Assembly (NCBI GenBank): GCA_965224415.1
Contig: CBDCZB010000003.1
Coordinates: 380,807 to 444,806 of the forward strand
Reading direction: 5' to 3'
DNA: 64,000 nucleotides
Source: Dehalococcoidia bacterium
GTDB taxonomy: Bacteria > Chloroflexota > Dehalococcoidia > Lucifugimonadales > JAGWBF01
Each line of letters starts with the position of its first letter. Positions within the stretch are counted from its first letter, which is position 1. Below the pieces are notes generated by a model. It worked only from the letters and a program-made list of their open reading frames with translations, did no database searches and was not told where the DNA came from. Both the position numbers and the translations under genes were made by a program. This document shows positions 1-9,605 of the stretch, one piece after another.

Positions 1-281
1 AACACGGTCCGCTCCGACACGTCCAGTGCGGTGGCCACCTGGGGGGCGGTCCAGCCCTCATCTATCTTGATCAGGATGCGGGCCCGGGTAATCGCCTGTG
101 CGGAACTCCTCCCAGCCCTGATCATCTTCCTGAGCCGTCCCTTTTCCTGTGTTGCCAGCCGGACTCCGTACTTCTCCTGCACCATGACCACCTCACATCC
201 CACAACCCTTCGTCTATCCCCAAGGTAGCATCCTGTCTGGGCTCACGTACTAACTGACAATGCCAGATTGGCCGAATACTA
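1..281 (-). mobile_element. IS630-family element, partial (5' end of orfA and terminal IR), same element as copies at 39.7-43.7 kb
   Basis: Sequence matches 40679-40958; ends ...GCCGAATACTAG at CTAG 279-282. Confidence 0.93.
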
Positions 282-893
282 GTGCAAAGGAGAAAAAGCC
301 GCCGGCTCCATGATTTTGCACTCGTTCCTGAGCAGCCATTCGTAGGTCAGCACAGGCCAGTGGGGGTCCCTCAACGACTGGCCTCTGAGGTACTCGCGCT
401 CCTCCAAGTCCTTGTAGGCCCAGAGGTGGTACCACTTGTTGAGGCGGCCCATTTCCGGGTACCAAGCAGCCACCAGGGGCGAGTACTGCTCCCGGTATTC
501 GATGGACTCGGACCACCGCTGGACCACGTGGGGGATGCCGCCAGGGATGTAGGAGTAGATGCGCATCTCGTAGATGTTCCCCAATTGCCGGTTTCCCAGG
601 GGCTTCATGAAGGGCGCCGGGGACATGACCTCCACCTGGACATTCAGGGTCAGGTCGTCGACCTGCGGGGGCCACCCGGGTTCCTGGGCGGCTTCCGTCC
701 GCACCCTGGCCCGGTGCGCCAGGTCCTCATAAGGCCAGACGTGTATCACCTGGTTCAGGGGGCCAATGACGGTGTGCCAGAAGGCCCCCAGCTTCGAGTG
801 CTTCTCACGGCTTGCCAGCTTCTCAGCGAACCGCTGCTCGTACTCGGACACCGCGCCGGGCCTCAGCGTCTCGGTCCTCATCTCATATATCAT
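279..893 (-). CDS. NIPSNAP family protein (two-domain)
   Basis: MIYEMRT..., GPLNQVIHVWPYEDL and repeated IYEMRIY..WYHLWAY motifs; ATG at 893. Confidence 0.9.
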   Translation of the reverse strand: MIYEMRTETLRPGAVSEYEQRFAEKLASREKHSKLGAFWHTVIGPLNQVIHVWPYEDLAHRARVRTEAAQEPGWPPQVDDLTLNVQVEVMSPAPFMKPLGNRQLGNIYEMRIYSYIPGGIPHVVQRWSESIEYREQYSPLVAAWYPEMGRLNKWYHLWAYKDLEEREYLRGQSLRDPHWPVLTYEWLLRNECKIMEPAAFSPLH

Positions 894-927
894 GGGTCGT
901 TCCCGTTGGGCGACCGTACGGTCGCCT

Positions 928-1542
928 CTACCGTATGGGCGAGAATGACGCCGGGTTGAGTATCTTGTTCTCCTGGCCAAGCCAGTACTGGCGGGTGGGA
1001 GGCGGCCACTTGGGGTCCGACAACGCCTCGGCGCGTACTCTGTCGCGCTCGGCCAGGCTAGGGTAAGCCCAGACATGGTACCAGCGGTTCAGCCCGCCTA
1101 TTTCAGTGTAGCCGGTGAACACGTTGGGCGAGTACTTTTCCCGGGCCGGAAGGGAGTCTTTCCAGGCCTCAATGACGTGGGGCAAAGCGCCCGGCTGGAA
1201 GGTGTAGATGCGTATTTCGAACACGGGGCCAATCTCCGCCGGCTCCAGGGCTTTGGCGAAGGGCGCGGGCTCGATGATTACGTTCTCCATGTTCAGGATC
1301 AGGTCCTGGGTCTTCGGGGGCCAGTTGGGGCTTTTGGCGGCCTCCGCCCGTATAGCGGCCCTGGCGTTCAGGTCTTCGTAGGGCCAGATGTGGACGACCT
1401 GGTTCAGCGGGCCGATGCTCGTGTGCCAGAAGGCCGCCATGGGGGACAGGTGGGTCCTGTGGGGCAGGGCCTCTTCCACCCGCCGTTCGAACTCTTCGAT
1501 GGAACCGGGCCTCATGTCGTAGGTGCGCAGCTCGTAAATCAT
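928..1542 (-). CDS. NIPSNAP family protein (tandem paralog)
   Basis: MIYELRTY, GPLNQVVHIWPYEDL; same 204-aa length as the neighbour. Confidence 0.92.
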   Translation of the reverse strand: MIYELRTYDMRPGSIEEFERRVEEALPHRTHLSPMAAFWHTSIGPLNQVVHIWPYEDLNARAAIRAEAAKSPNWPPKTQDLILNMENVIIEPAPFAKALEPAEIGPVFEIRIYTFQPGALPHVIEAWKDSLPAREKYSPNVFTGYTEIGGLNRWYHVWAYPSLAERDRVRAEALSDPKWPPPTRQYWLGQENKILNPASFSPIR

Positions 1543-1653
1543 GTAACCTCCAGATGTCTCGAAATGGCGCCGAAAGTAAAGAGGGTCAAGAGTCGTGTTA
1601 TTCTACTTCAGCCCACTAGAGGCGGCAACCGCCTGCGGCGGTCGGTCCATTCT

Positions 1654-1678
1654 CGTTCGCCCTGAGCGTGTCGAAGGG
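1654..1678. repeat. REP-like short intergenic element (CGTTCGCCCTGAGCGTGTCGAAGGG)
   Basis: Resembles the CCCTTCGACA..CTCAGGG type of dispersed repeat; single copy here. Confidence 0.45.
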
Positions 1679-1742
1679 CGGTTCTGTAGACGACCATTGG
1701 GACGAGACACAGTAAAGCTCTGGAAGACGATTGATGGACGGC

Positions 1743-2495
1743 ATGGGACGGCTGACGGGTAAGACGGCGCTTGTTACGGGAGGGGCCAGGGGAATGGGCG
1801 CCGCCCAAGCCCGGCTGCTGGCCAGTGAAGGCGCCGCGGTCGTCATCGGTGACATCCGGGACGATGAAGGCCTTGAGCAGGTCCGTTTGATCGAGAAGAG
1901 TGGGGGCCGCGCAACATATCGTCATCTCGATGTATCGGAGGAGTCCGACTGGGTTGAGGCCGTCGACAGCGCCGTGGAGATGATGGGCGGACTCCACATA
2001 CTGGTGAACAACGCGGGTATAGGCCAACGGCTTTCCATCGAGCAGACAAGCGAGGAACTTTGGGACCGGGTCATGGCCGTCAACGCCAGAGGCCCCTTCC
2101 TGGGCGTCAAGCATTCCATCCCCCACATGAGGAGGGCCGGCGGCGGCTCAGTCGTCAACATCTCCTCCATTGCCGCAATAGTCGCCGGAGGTACGTCAGC
2201 CGTCTACCACGCCTCCAAGGCGGCTGTCCGCCTGTTCACCAAGGCGGCGGCAGTGCAGCTTGCGCCCTACGGCATCAGGGTCAACTCCATTCACCCGGGA
2301 GATGTGATAACGCCTATGACGGCCGCTTACTTTGCAGACCCCGCCAACGTCGAAGACCGGATACGGAAGACTCCGCTGGGCCGTATAGGGACCCCGGAGG
2401 ACGTAGCCCAGGCTGTCCTCTTCCTGGCTTCCGACGAATCCTCATACATGACAGGCGCCGAGCTTGTCCTCGACGGAGGTCGCACGGCCCAGTAA
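1743..2495 (+). CDS. Short-chain dehydrogenase/reductase (3-alpha,20-beta-HSD/FabG-like)
   Basis: TGGARGMG, NNAG, YHASK motifs; alternative start 1731. Confidence 0.93.
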   Translation: MGRLTGKTALVTGGARGMGAAQARLLASEGAAVVIGDIRDDEGLEQVRLIEKSGGRATYRHLDVSEESDWVEAVDSAVEMMGGLHILVNNAGIGQRLSIEQTSEELWDRVMAVNARGPFLGVKHSIPHMRRAGGGSVVNISSIAAIVAGGTSAVYHASKAAVRLFTKAAAVQLAPYGIRVNSIHPGDVITPMTAAYFADPANVEDRIRKTPLGRIGTPEDVAQAVLFLASDESSYMTGAELVLDGGRTAQ

Positions 2496-2771
2496 ATGTG
2501 GGGTCGGGGCGCCGCTGGTGGATGTTTCTACGTAATGGCGGGTTTGTTCGGACGAATATATACTCTACGAGGCAACGCCCGTACCGGAACGACTCACTCT
2601 TATCAACTGACCTTTTGGACTAGCCGTGAACTCTACTATTCCGTCTGAGCGTGGGAATCTCATTCCCCTGAGCGAAGCTGCTCGCATCAGAGGTTACAGC
2701 GCCGGCCATGTGCGTTATCTGGTTGCGCGGGGCTTAGTGGCAGGATGGGGAATAGGGCTTTAGGCGCGAGC

Positions 2772-3557
2772 ATGAATCTCCAAATGGACCCGTCAGTCGG
2801 AGCAGGATACTCCAGCAATTCACAGATCTCTCGGCGAGTGAGTGAGGACTGGGCTGCCCATAATCTCTTCTGCCTGGCCTGTCCGTCAGCCCACGTACTC
2901 TCGGAATCCCCCAACCGGCCCGTTCTGGACTACAAGTGTCCGGAGTGCGACGCGGCATATCAACTGAAAAGCCAGCGCCACGCGTTTGGAACGTCGGTTA
3001 CAAATTCGGCCTATGGGAAGAAGATCAAGGCTATAGAGCAAGGGCGGGCGCCCCACTATGTGTTCTTGCGCTACACCGTACCAGCCTGGTATGTCACTGA
3101 TTTGTTCGTCGTTCCGGGCCATTTTTTCACCCGCGCTGTAATAGAAGAGAGGCCCCCATTGAAGAAAGGCGCACGGCGAGAAGGCTGGGTCGGATCGAAA
3201 ATCTTACTGAATGAATTACCGGCCGACGGCCAGGTTTCAGTGGTTGACTACGGGATTGCCCGTGACCCAGCCGATGTTAGGTCGGACTGGAGGAAGTTCG
3301 ACTTCCTGAGATTGGATTCCCGCGCACATGGTGGATGGGGCGCCGAAATCCTCTCATGTGTTCGCAGACTGTATGCAGCCACCGGAAATCAGGAGTTTAC
3401 GCTCCAGGACTTTTATGCCCAGTTTACGGACGAGTTGGCCCGACGCCACCCTGAGAACCATCACGTCGAACCCAAAATCCGGCAGCAACTCCAAGTGTTG
3501 AGGAAAGGCAATGTGCTGAAGTTCCTGGGCAAAGGGCGGTATCGGGTCATCGGCTAG
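2772..3557 (+). CDS. DpnI-like (Dam-replacing family) modification-dependent restriction endonuclease
   Basis: YSSNSQISRRVSEDW, two CxxC pairs, YQLKS, C-terminal winged helix KIRQQLQVLR..GRY. Confidence 0.88.
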   Translation: MNLQMDPSVGAGYSSNSQISRRVSEDWAAHNLFCLACPSAHVLSESPNRPVLDYKCPECDAAYQLKSQRHAFGTSVTNSAYGKKIKAIEQGRAPHYVFLRYTVPAWYVTDLFVVPGHFFTRAVIEERPPLKKGARREGWVGSKILLNELPADGQVSVVDYGIARDPADVRSDWRKFDFLRLDSRAHGGWGAEILSCVRRLYAATGNQEFTLQDFYAQFTDELARRHPENHHVEPKIRQQLQVLRKGNVLKFLGKGRYRVIG

Positions 3558-3654
3558 GTTGCGTGGCGACTGCTGTAAGCCAAACATTGACAAGTACACC
3601 GAATTCGATCAACGATCCCGATCTCAATTCAACAATGTTGGATCGGGAGGCCTG

Positions 3655-3897
3655 ATGAATCAATGGGAATCCGGGAGCTATGAGTGGAACGAGGAGCAGG
3701 TAGTCGAGGCGATTGTTGGATACTTGGGGAATGTGGAAGGGATACGCGGCGTTAATTTGGTTAGCCAGGGATTCGCTGCCATGTTTCAAGCGTTGGTCAG
3801 AATTTCATTCGTCAACGGGGAAGTGATACGACTGGGTGTTGGTTACGTGGAAGATGAAGAAGATCAGGAGGCATTCGACGACCGTTTTCCGCCGTAG
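3655..3897 (+). CDS. Small acidic hypothetical protein
   Basis: GGGAGG RBS before ATG 3655; no family recognised. Confidence 0.45.
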   Translation: MNQWESGSYEWNEEQVVEAIVGYLGNVEGIRGVNLVSQGFAAMFQALVRISFVNGEVIRLGVGYVEDEEDQEAFDDRFPP

Positions 3898-4010
3898 ACG
3901 CCGTTAGGCTTTAGACCGTTGGGGGAATCTGTCGCAATTAGTTGGTCGTTGACTTCCACAACCGCGGGTCGATAGGTCAAATTCAACGTAGAGAATGTAG
4001 GGGGTTCCAA

Positions 4011-5036
4011 ATGAAAGCCATTGTTTATGAGTCGGGCGGGGTAGAGACGCTGGGCATAAGCCAGGTACCGGATCCGGTGGCCGGGCCTGGGGAGGTCGTG
4101 GTGCGGGTGCGGGCGTGCGCCATGAACCACGCCGACGTTTGGGGCCACAAGTCCGAGGGGCCGCGTTTCGGAGGACCCAGAATCTTGGGACGGGACGTGG
4201 CCGGCGTAATCGAGGAGGTGGGGGAAGGCGTGGCCTGCTGGGCCAAGGGGGACCCCGTTGTGGTGGCGCCGGGCGTAAGCTGCAACGTCTGCTTCCACTG
4301 CCAGCACGGGCAACACTCCGACTGCCCCGAATACGGGATGCTGGGCGCCAAAGTCGACGGAGGCTACGCGGAGCTGATGAAGGTCTCGGCCATGAACCTT
4401 TACCCAAAGCCCGAGAATCTCAGCTATGAAGAGGCGGCGTCGATTCCCCTGGTGTTCATCACGGCCTGGCGGTGCCTGGTGGAAAAGGCCCGTGTCCAGC
4501 CTGGGGAGTGGGTGCTGGTGAACGCAGCCGGAAGCGGAGTAGGCATAGCCGCCATCCAGATAGCCCGGATGCTTGGCGCGCGTGTGGTGACTACGGCCAG
4601 CAGCCAGGAGAAGCGGGAAAGAGGACTCGAGCTTGGGGCCGCTGCCGCCGTGGACTACACACAGGAGGGGTGGCCTGACATGGTTGTCAGGGCCACCGGC
4701 GGAGGCGCCCACGTTGCGGTGGACAGTGTAGGCGGCCAGACCCTCATGGACACCTTCCGCGCCATGGCCTACGCCGGACGGGTTATCAACTGCGGATTCA
4801 CGGCAGGGACAGGCATGGAGTTCGACTGGGGCGAGTTCCGGGGCAAGCGGCTGTCCCTGCTTATGTCCTTCATGGGGAGCAATAGCTACCTGCACGACAT
4901 CATGCGGCTCGTCAAGGACGGTCGGCTCAAGCCGGTGGTCCACAAAGTCTTCCCCTTCAGCCAGGTCCAGGAAGCCCACAGCGCCATGCTGAACAGGGAG
5001 AATTTCGGGAAGATTGTCCTGACCTGGGAGGAGTGA
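4011..5036 (+). CDS. Zinc-binding alcohol dehydrogenase/quinone oxidoreductase (MDR)
   Basis: MKAIVY start, CNVCFHC..C structural Zn site, AAGSGVG, NFGKIVL. Confidence 0.92.
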   Translation: MKAIVYESGGVETLGISQVPDPVAGPGEVVVRVRACAMNHADVWGHKSEGPRFGGPRILGRDVAGVIEEVGEGVACWAKGDPVVVAPGVSCNVCFHCQHGQHSDCPEYGMLGAKVDGGYAELMKVSAMNLYPKPENLSYEEAASIPLVFITAWRCLVEKARVQPGEWVLVNAAGSGVGIAAIQIARMLGARVVTTASSQEKRERGLELGAAAAVDYTQEGWPDMVVRATGGGAHVAVDSVGGQTLMDTFRAMAYAGRVINCGFTAGTGMEFDWGEFRGKRLSLLMSFMGSNSYLHDIMRLVKDGRLKPVVHKVFPFSQVQEAHSAMLNRENFGKIVLTWEE

Positions 5037-5039
5037 ACG

Positions 5040-5193
5040 CTCCGACCCTGGGAGAGGGGTGAGGTGAGGGTTAGCACCCCGCTCTCGCCAGTTCGCAAGA
5101 ACCCTGGATTCCGGCCTGCGCCGGAATGACGGGACCGTGGGGGAAGGAGTAGTTGCTCCCCCTCTCCCCGCTGGGAGAGGGCCGGGGTGAGGG
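5040..5193. repeat. Cluster of REP-like palindromes (CCCTCTCCC..GGGAGAGGG..GGTGAGGG type, one partial and one full; GGATTCCGGCCTGCGCCGGAATGAC)
   Basis: Intergenic GC-rich hairpins of two recognisable dispersed-repeat types. Confidence 0.65.
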
Positions 5194-5240
5194 CACAGCC
5201 TACGTGGTACAATGTGTCCGACTATCTACCGGAGGGCGTC

Positions 5241-5936
5241 ATGGCCCAGGAATTCAAGGGCCGTTTCATAAAGTATTCCTTCTACAAGGCCGACCCCAGT
5301 TGGAAGCTGCTCCCCGATAATGAGCGTGACCGCGGGAAGCGGGAGTTCGCCGCCGTGGTGGACGAGTTCTCTTCGAGGATGGGCATAGCCAGCTACAGCT
5401 TGCTGGGGACCAGGGGCGACGTGGATTTCCTGCTCTGGAAGGTGAGCGAGTCCCTGGACCTGCTGGACAGTCTGGCTGTCCAATTGAACCGCACCGGACT
5501 GGGCAGGCGTCTCCAAATGCCCCATTCCTACCTGGCCATGACTAAGCGTTCCCCGTACATCGACAGCCACGCCCATGAAGGCCAGGACGGCTCAGGCGAG
5601 GGCTTCCGGGCCATCGGTCGGGACTACCTTTTCGTCTACCCCTTCGTAAAGACCCACGACTGGTACCAGCTTCCCAAAGACGAACGGCAGCGCATGATGA
5701 ACGAGCACTTCCAGGTGGGGCACAAGTACCCGTCGGTGAAGATAAGCACCTCGTATTCTTTCGGGTTCGACGACCAAGAGTTTGTGCTCGGTTTCGAGAC
5801 CGCCAATCCCGTCGATTTCCTGGACCTGGTGATGGAGCTGCGGGAGGCCGAGGCCAGGCCGTATACGGAGAGGGACACGCCCATATTCACCTGCATCCAC
5901 AAGCCCCTGAGGGAATGCCTAGACGGCCTGGGGTGA
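5241..5936 (+). CDS. Chlorite dismutase family protein, probably coproheme decarboxylase (HemQ/ChdC-like)
   Basis: YPFVKTHDWY, RQRMMNEH (proximal His), YSFGFDDQEF, YTERDTPIF. Confidence 0.85.
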   Translation: MAQEFKGRFIKYSFYKADPSWKLLPDNERDRGKREFAAVVDEFSSRMGIASYSLLGTRGDVDFLLWKVSESLDLLDSLAVQLNRTGLGRRLQMPHSYLAMTKRSPYIDSHAHEGQDGSGEGFRAIGRDYLFVYPFVKTHDWYQLPKDERQRMMNEHFQVGHKYPSVKISTSYSFGFDDQEFVLGFETANPVDFLDLVMELREAEARPYTERDTPIFTCIHKPLRECLDGLG

Positions 5937-6072
5937 CCGGCGCAGTCCCTGGAGAAAGCTGAACATGGCTCCGTCAGCCTGGGCAAAAAGCGTGGTAGCC
6001 CAGTCGAGCATCCCGATATTGTTGCCGTATAGTCAGTAGTGTAAGCTAGCTCAAATCCCACGGGAGGAATGA

Positions 6073-7254
6073 ATGGCTCTCAAAGTATATCCGGCCAGCC
6101 AGGAAGAGACGCTGGAAGCGTTGCTGGCGGTCGTCGAAGAGGTGCGCCCTGTCCTTGAGGCCCACGCTGAGGAAGGGGAAGTCATCAGCACTCTCCCTAA
6201 GGCTTCGGTGGAGGCCCTGTACGACGCTGGGCTGTTTGCCATAAAGCTGCCCAGGGTGTTGGGTGGAGCGGAAGCCGACCCCGTGGTCCAAATGGAGATA
6301 ATCGAGGCCATCACCCGGATAGAGCCGTCAGCGGGCTGGTGTGTAATGATCGGCAGCTCCAGCGCGGGGCAGCCGGGAGCATATCTTAACGACGAAGCCT
6401 TGGAGACAGTTTTCCCCGGAGGACGTCCTCCGCGCGTGGCCTCATCCCTGGCCCAGGGAGGCTCCGCCGAGCCTGTGGACGGCGGCTATCGGGTCACCGG
6501 GAAATGGTCCTTTGCCAGTGGCATCCGCCACTCCAACTGGGTGCGTGGCGGCGCCCTCGTGCCCGGTGCCGAAAGCGAGGAGGAACGCCATATAGTCTGC
6601 ATGATGCCCACGGAGCAGGTGAAGGTGCACGACAACTGGGACGTGATGGGGTTAAGAGGCACGGGAAGCTGCGACTTCTCCGTGAAAGACCTGTTCGTCC
6701 CGGAGATTTTCACCTGGGACGTGTGGAAGCCCACGATATACAGGGGCGGGGCCCTCTACCGGCTTGGCCGTCCTGGATTTGTGATTAACGAGCACTCCGC
6801 CTTTGCCCTGGGCTGCGCGCGCAAGGCGATGGACATTGTCATGGAAAAGGCGGCTGTAAGGCAGCGGGGCTACTACAGCCGGCCTCCTCTATCCGAACGG
6901 GGAGCCTTCCAGAGGGACCTGGGAGAGTGTGACCTGAAGCTGCGGGCCGCCAAGGCCCTGGCGAAAGAGGTCATGGACGAAGGCTGGCAAGTCTCGTGCC
7001 AGGGTGAGACTCCCGGGCCCGAGCTTCAGTCTGCCATGCGGGCCACGTCCAGCTACGTCACCCAGGTTTCAGTAGAGGTGACGGAGATGCTGTTCAGGTA
7101 CTCTGGAGGAGAGGCCATCTTCAACTCCAGCCAGCTTCAACGGTGCCTGCGGGACGTATACGCCGGAGGCCAGCACCTCATGGTCAGTGAACGGGCCGTG
7201 GAAAACCACGGGCGGTTCCTGCTGGGCCACCCCGACGCCAACCCCATGGGGTAG
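6073..7254 (+). CDS. Acyl-CoA-dehydrogenase-fold flavin-dependent hydroxylase (HsaA/IacA-like)
   Basis: WSFASG, DNWDVMGLRGTGS, LQRCLRDVYAGGQH. Confidence 0.88.
   Translation: MALKVYPASQEETLEALLAVVEEVRPVLEAHAEEGEVISTLPKASVEALYDAGLFAIKLPRVLGGAEADPVVQMEIIEAITRIEPSAGWCVMIGSSSAGQPGAYLNDEALETVFPGGRPPRVASSLAQGGSAEPVDGGYRVTGKWSFASGIRHSNWVRGGALVPGAESEEERHIVCMMPTEQVKVHDNWDVMGLRGTGSCDFSVKDLFVPEIFTWDVWKPTIYRGGALYRLGRPGFVINEHSAFALGCARKAMDIVMEKAAVRQRGYYSRPPLSERGAFQRDLGECDLKLRAAKALAKEVMDEGWQVSCQGETPGPELQSAMRATSSYVTQVSVEVTEMLFRYSGGEAIFNSSQLQRCLRDVYAGGQHLMVSERAVENHGRFLLGHPDANPMG
7175..7254 (+). repeat. 80-bp direct repeat copy 1 (3' end of hydroxylase gene)
   Basis: 77/80 identical to 10478-10557. Confidence 0.92.
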
Positions 7255-7298
7255 GGTGCATCCAACCCATCCTTCAACTCCTAACCGCGTAAAAAGCG

Positions 7299-7328
7299 AC
7301 AGCCCCCGGGCTAGCCGGGGGCTGTTTC
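7299..7328. terminator. GC hairpin ACAGCCCCCGG-GCTAG-CCGGGGGCTGT
   Basis: 11-bp perfect stem after the hydroxylase stop, short T run. Confidence 0.6.
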
Positions 7329-7592
7329 TACGGTTAACGTTCGCGGTTCACAATAGACACGTAAAACTCCTATACTCATGAACAGTAGAATCAAAGTGAG
7401 CATGTGGTCAGCGGTGATTCTCTGTGGGAGGGACCGTGGTCAGAGCCCTACACTGCCTTCCATGGCCGATTGGGCTCGTTGGACCTAGACAAGTTCGATT
7501 CCCGGCAGGCCCATCAACGAGCAATTCCACACCATTTGAGCTCCATCAGGGGCGTAGAGCCTTGACGCTATATTTCTTGTGGAGTATATGCA

Positions 7593-8927
7593 ATGAAATC
7601 ACTAGAACGATATGGCGAGGCAATAGCTGAATACGAGGGTGTAGCTGACATTACTTTCCCAGAGGAGTCTGGGACGGTGTATAAGGGCTACTTCGAAGCG
7701 AAGCAGTTGAGAACAGGGGGCATCGCTATCGGCTTTGTACCTCTCTTGGACGACAACGACTACCCAAGCGGTTCAACCACCCTTAATTTCTATAGTCCGG
7801 AATTCCATGGTCACGACTTGGATAATTGGGAACTGACGTCCAGTGGACAAACCTCGGCAGTCCCCCAAATGGGCTTTTTCGGCGCACCAAGAAGCGTTGC
7901 AGAACCTGCTCTGGTTTTCGGGTCGTCAGGTCTAAGGGCTCGACGCAAGGGGGATACGGAACCCGGCTACTTCAAGGCTCGGTTTCTGGTTTCGAACCTA
8001 ATCTGGCACCTCGGGCATAGCGTCCCCAACCACATCACTTTTGAGGCTGGCGCCTTGAAAGTCACGGTCACTCCAGTTGACGATTACTTGGAAACTGCAG
8101 CCAGTGTCACGGCTATACGAGGTATAGCTCCAACTGCAGTAGTTATGATCGAGAGTCCTGATCACCGCAGACGATCATTAGAAGAATATGTTGATTATAT
8201 GAATATCCTAATCTCTATATTCAGGCTCACGACCGGGAACAGAGTAGACTGGTACTTTGGTGAAGCCTTGGAAGTTCCGTCAGCACGAGTTGTGGAAAGG
8301 ATTCATAAGGACGCCGTAACTGGTCCCTTTTCCAAGACTATCAGGTTCAGTGCCAACATTCCACTTTTGGGAGGACTCATAAGTGCATTCTTCAGCGATG
8401 ACTGCAAACCGATAAAGCAAGATGACCTAAGGAAGTTGATTGATTACTTTGTCAATTGTTGTGATGAGACGTCCTACCTAGAAGCGCGAGGTCTTTTGGC
8501 CTCGACGCTCGCCGACTTGATCGTCTTGACCCATGCAGAGGTAATGGATTGTCAGAACGTCATGGAGGAGGAAGATTTCAATACTCAAGTCTTGCCCGCC
8601 TTGCAAGCGGCTATTGGGTGCATTGAAGTGCCGGGATTGTCGAATCAGCTTCGGAAACGCGCCTTACAGGAACTTAAAGGTGCTTATCGTCAAACTTTTC
8701 GCAACCGCCTTAAGCTTCTGGTCAAGAAGACGAACCTATCATTAAATCCCGAGGACCGCGGCCGGGCGGTGAATATAAGGAACGAATTAGTACACAAGGG
8801 GAAATTCCTCTCAGAGAACAGAAATGATTGGTACGGAGAATACAGTTTCATGATCTGGTTGGACTTTGTGACCCTTTGCAGACTTTCTGGCTACGATGGA
8901 GAACTGCCGCAATCAATTGTGGGTTAG
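7593..8927 (+). CDS. ApeA-like HEPN domain protein (putative anti-phage RNase)
   Basis: Lower-GC 444-aa ORF with C-terminal RNELVH (Rx4H) motif. Confidence 0.65.
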   Translation: MKSLERYGEAIAEYEGVADITFPEESGTVYKGYFEAKQLRTGGIAIGFVPLLDDNDYPSGSTTLNFYSPEFHGHDLDNWELTSSGQTSAVPQMGFFGAPRSVAEPALVFGSSGLRARRKGDTEPGYFKARFLVSNLIWHLGHSVPNHITFEAGALKVTVTPVDDYLETAASVTAIRGIAPTAVVMIESPDHRRRSLEEYVDYMNILISIFRLTTGNRVDWYFGEALEVPSARVVERIHKDAVTGPFSKTIRFSANIPLLGGLISAFFSDDCKPIKQDDLRKLIDYFVNCCDETSYLEARGLLASTLADLIVLTHAEVMDCQNVMEEEDFNTQVLPALQAAIGCIEVPGLSNQLRKRALQELKGAYRQTFRNRLKLLVKKTNLSLNPEDRGRAVNIRNELVHKGKFLSENRNDWYGEYSFMIWLDFVTLCRLSGYDGELPQSIVG

Positions 8928-9605
8928 TGCTATGAGTGCCGACAGATGTCTCGGAGAGGGGGCCAGGAGGGAGAAACCATGGAAGTGGGATGGGTGGGTC
9001 TCGGTGTTGGTTGGGGTTGGGGCAGTTGTGCAGCGGCACGGTGAAACGTCCTGTCGACCGATGTCAAGGAGTTGCGGTGCTCGTCGGGAATCCACGCCAG
9101 GTAGTCATCCAGACTGGCATCGACTCGCGTATGGACATTCCTCGGAATTGGACAGATCAGAGAGATCGTTCCGCACGGTTTCGCGGGTTGAAGCCAGAAG
9201 CCTCTTGACGATAAGCTTTACGAATACCTTACTGAACAGATTGCTAGGACGAACCTCGAAAGATGCCGAATCGAAGAATGTCCTCTGAGCTATAAATGGC
9301 TGGTAGGCAGGTGGACTCTCCTCGTGTTCGACTGACCGGCCGCTGCCGTCCCCGGCGGAGTTGAGGGCCTCCACCCCGGTGGATCGGAGGCTCCAAATGA
9401 ACTATCACGGGTTGGCTAACCAACTTCCGGTATCAAGGCCTCCCACCTGAAAGTTCGCAATTCAGTCTTGCCGGGCCCACTCACTCCCAACCAGGCCACT
9501 CGCTCGCTCTCGCTAGAAGGACGGATTCCAGGACATCAGCGAAGAGCAGTTGGGTCGCCGGCTAGGTCTCCCTCAGCCACACACCTTAGATTCAGCGGTT
9601 TCTTG

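Noticed and set aside
894-1076. N-terminal extension of first NIPSNAP ORF
   Set aside because: Overlaps the paralog; ATG 893 gives a matching 204-aa protein
2496-4010. Gene-end duplications flanking other islets (DpnI, 57-58.6 kb, 61.5-62.6 kb)
   Set aside because: Looked for repeats like the 80-bp one and found none
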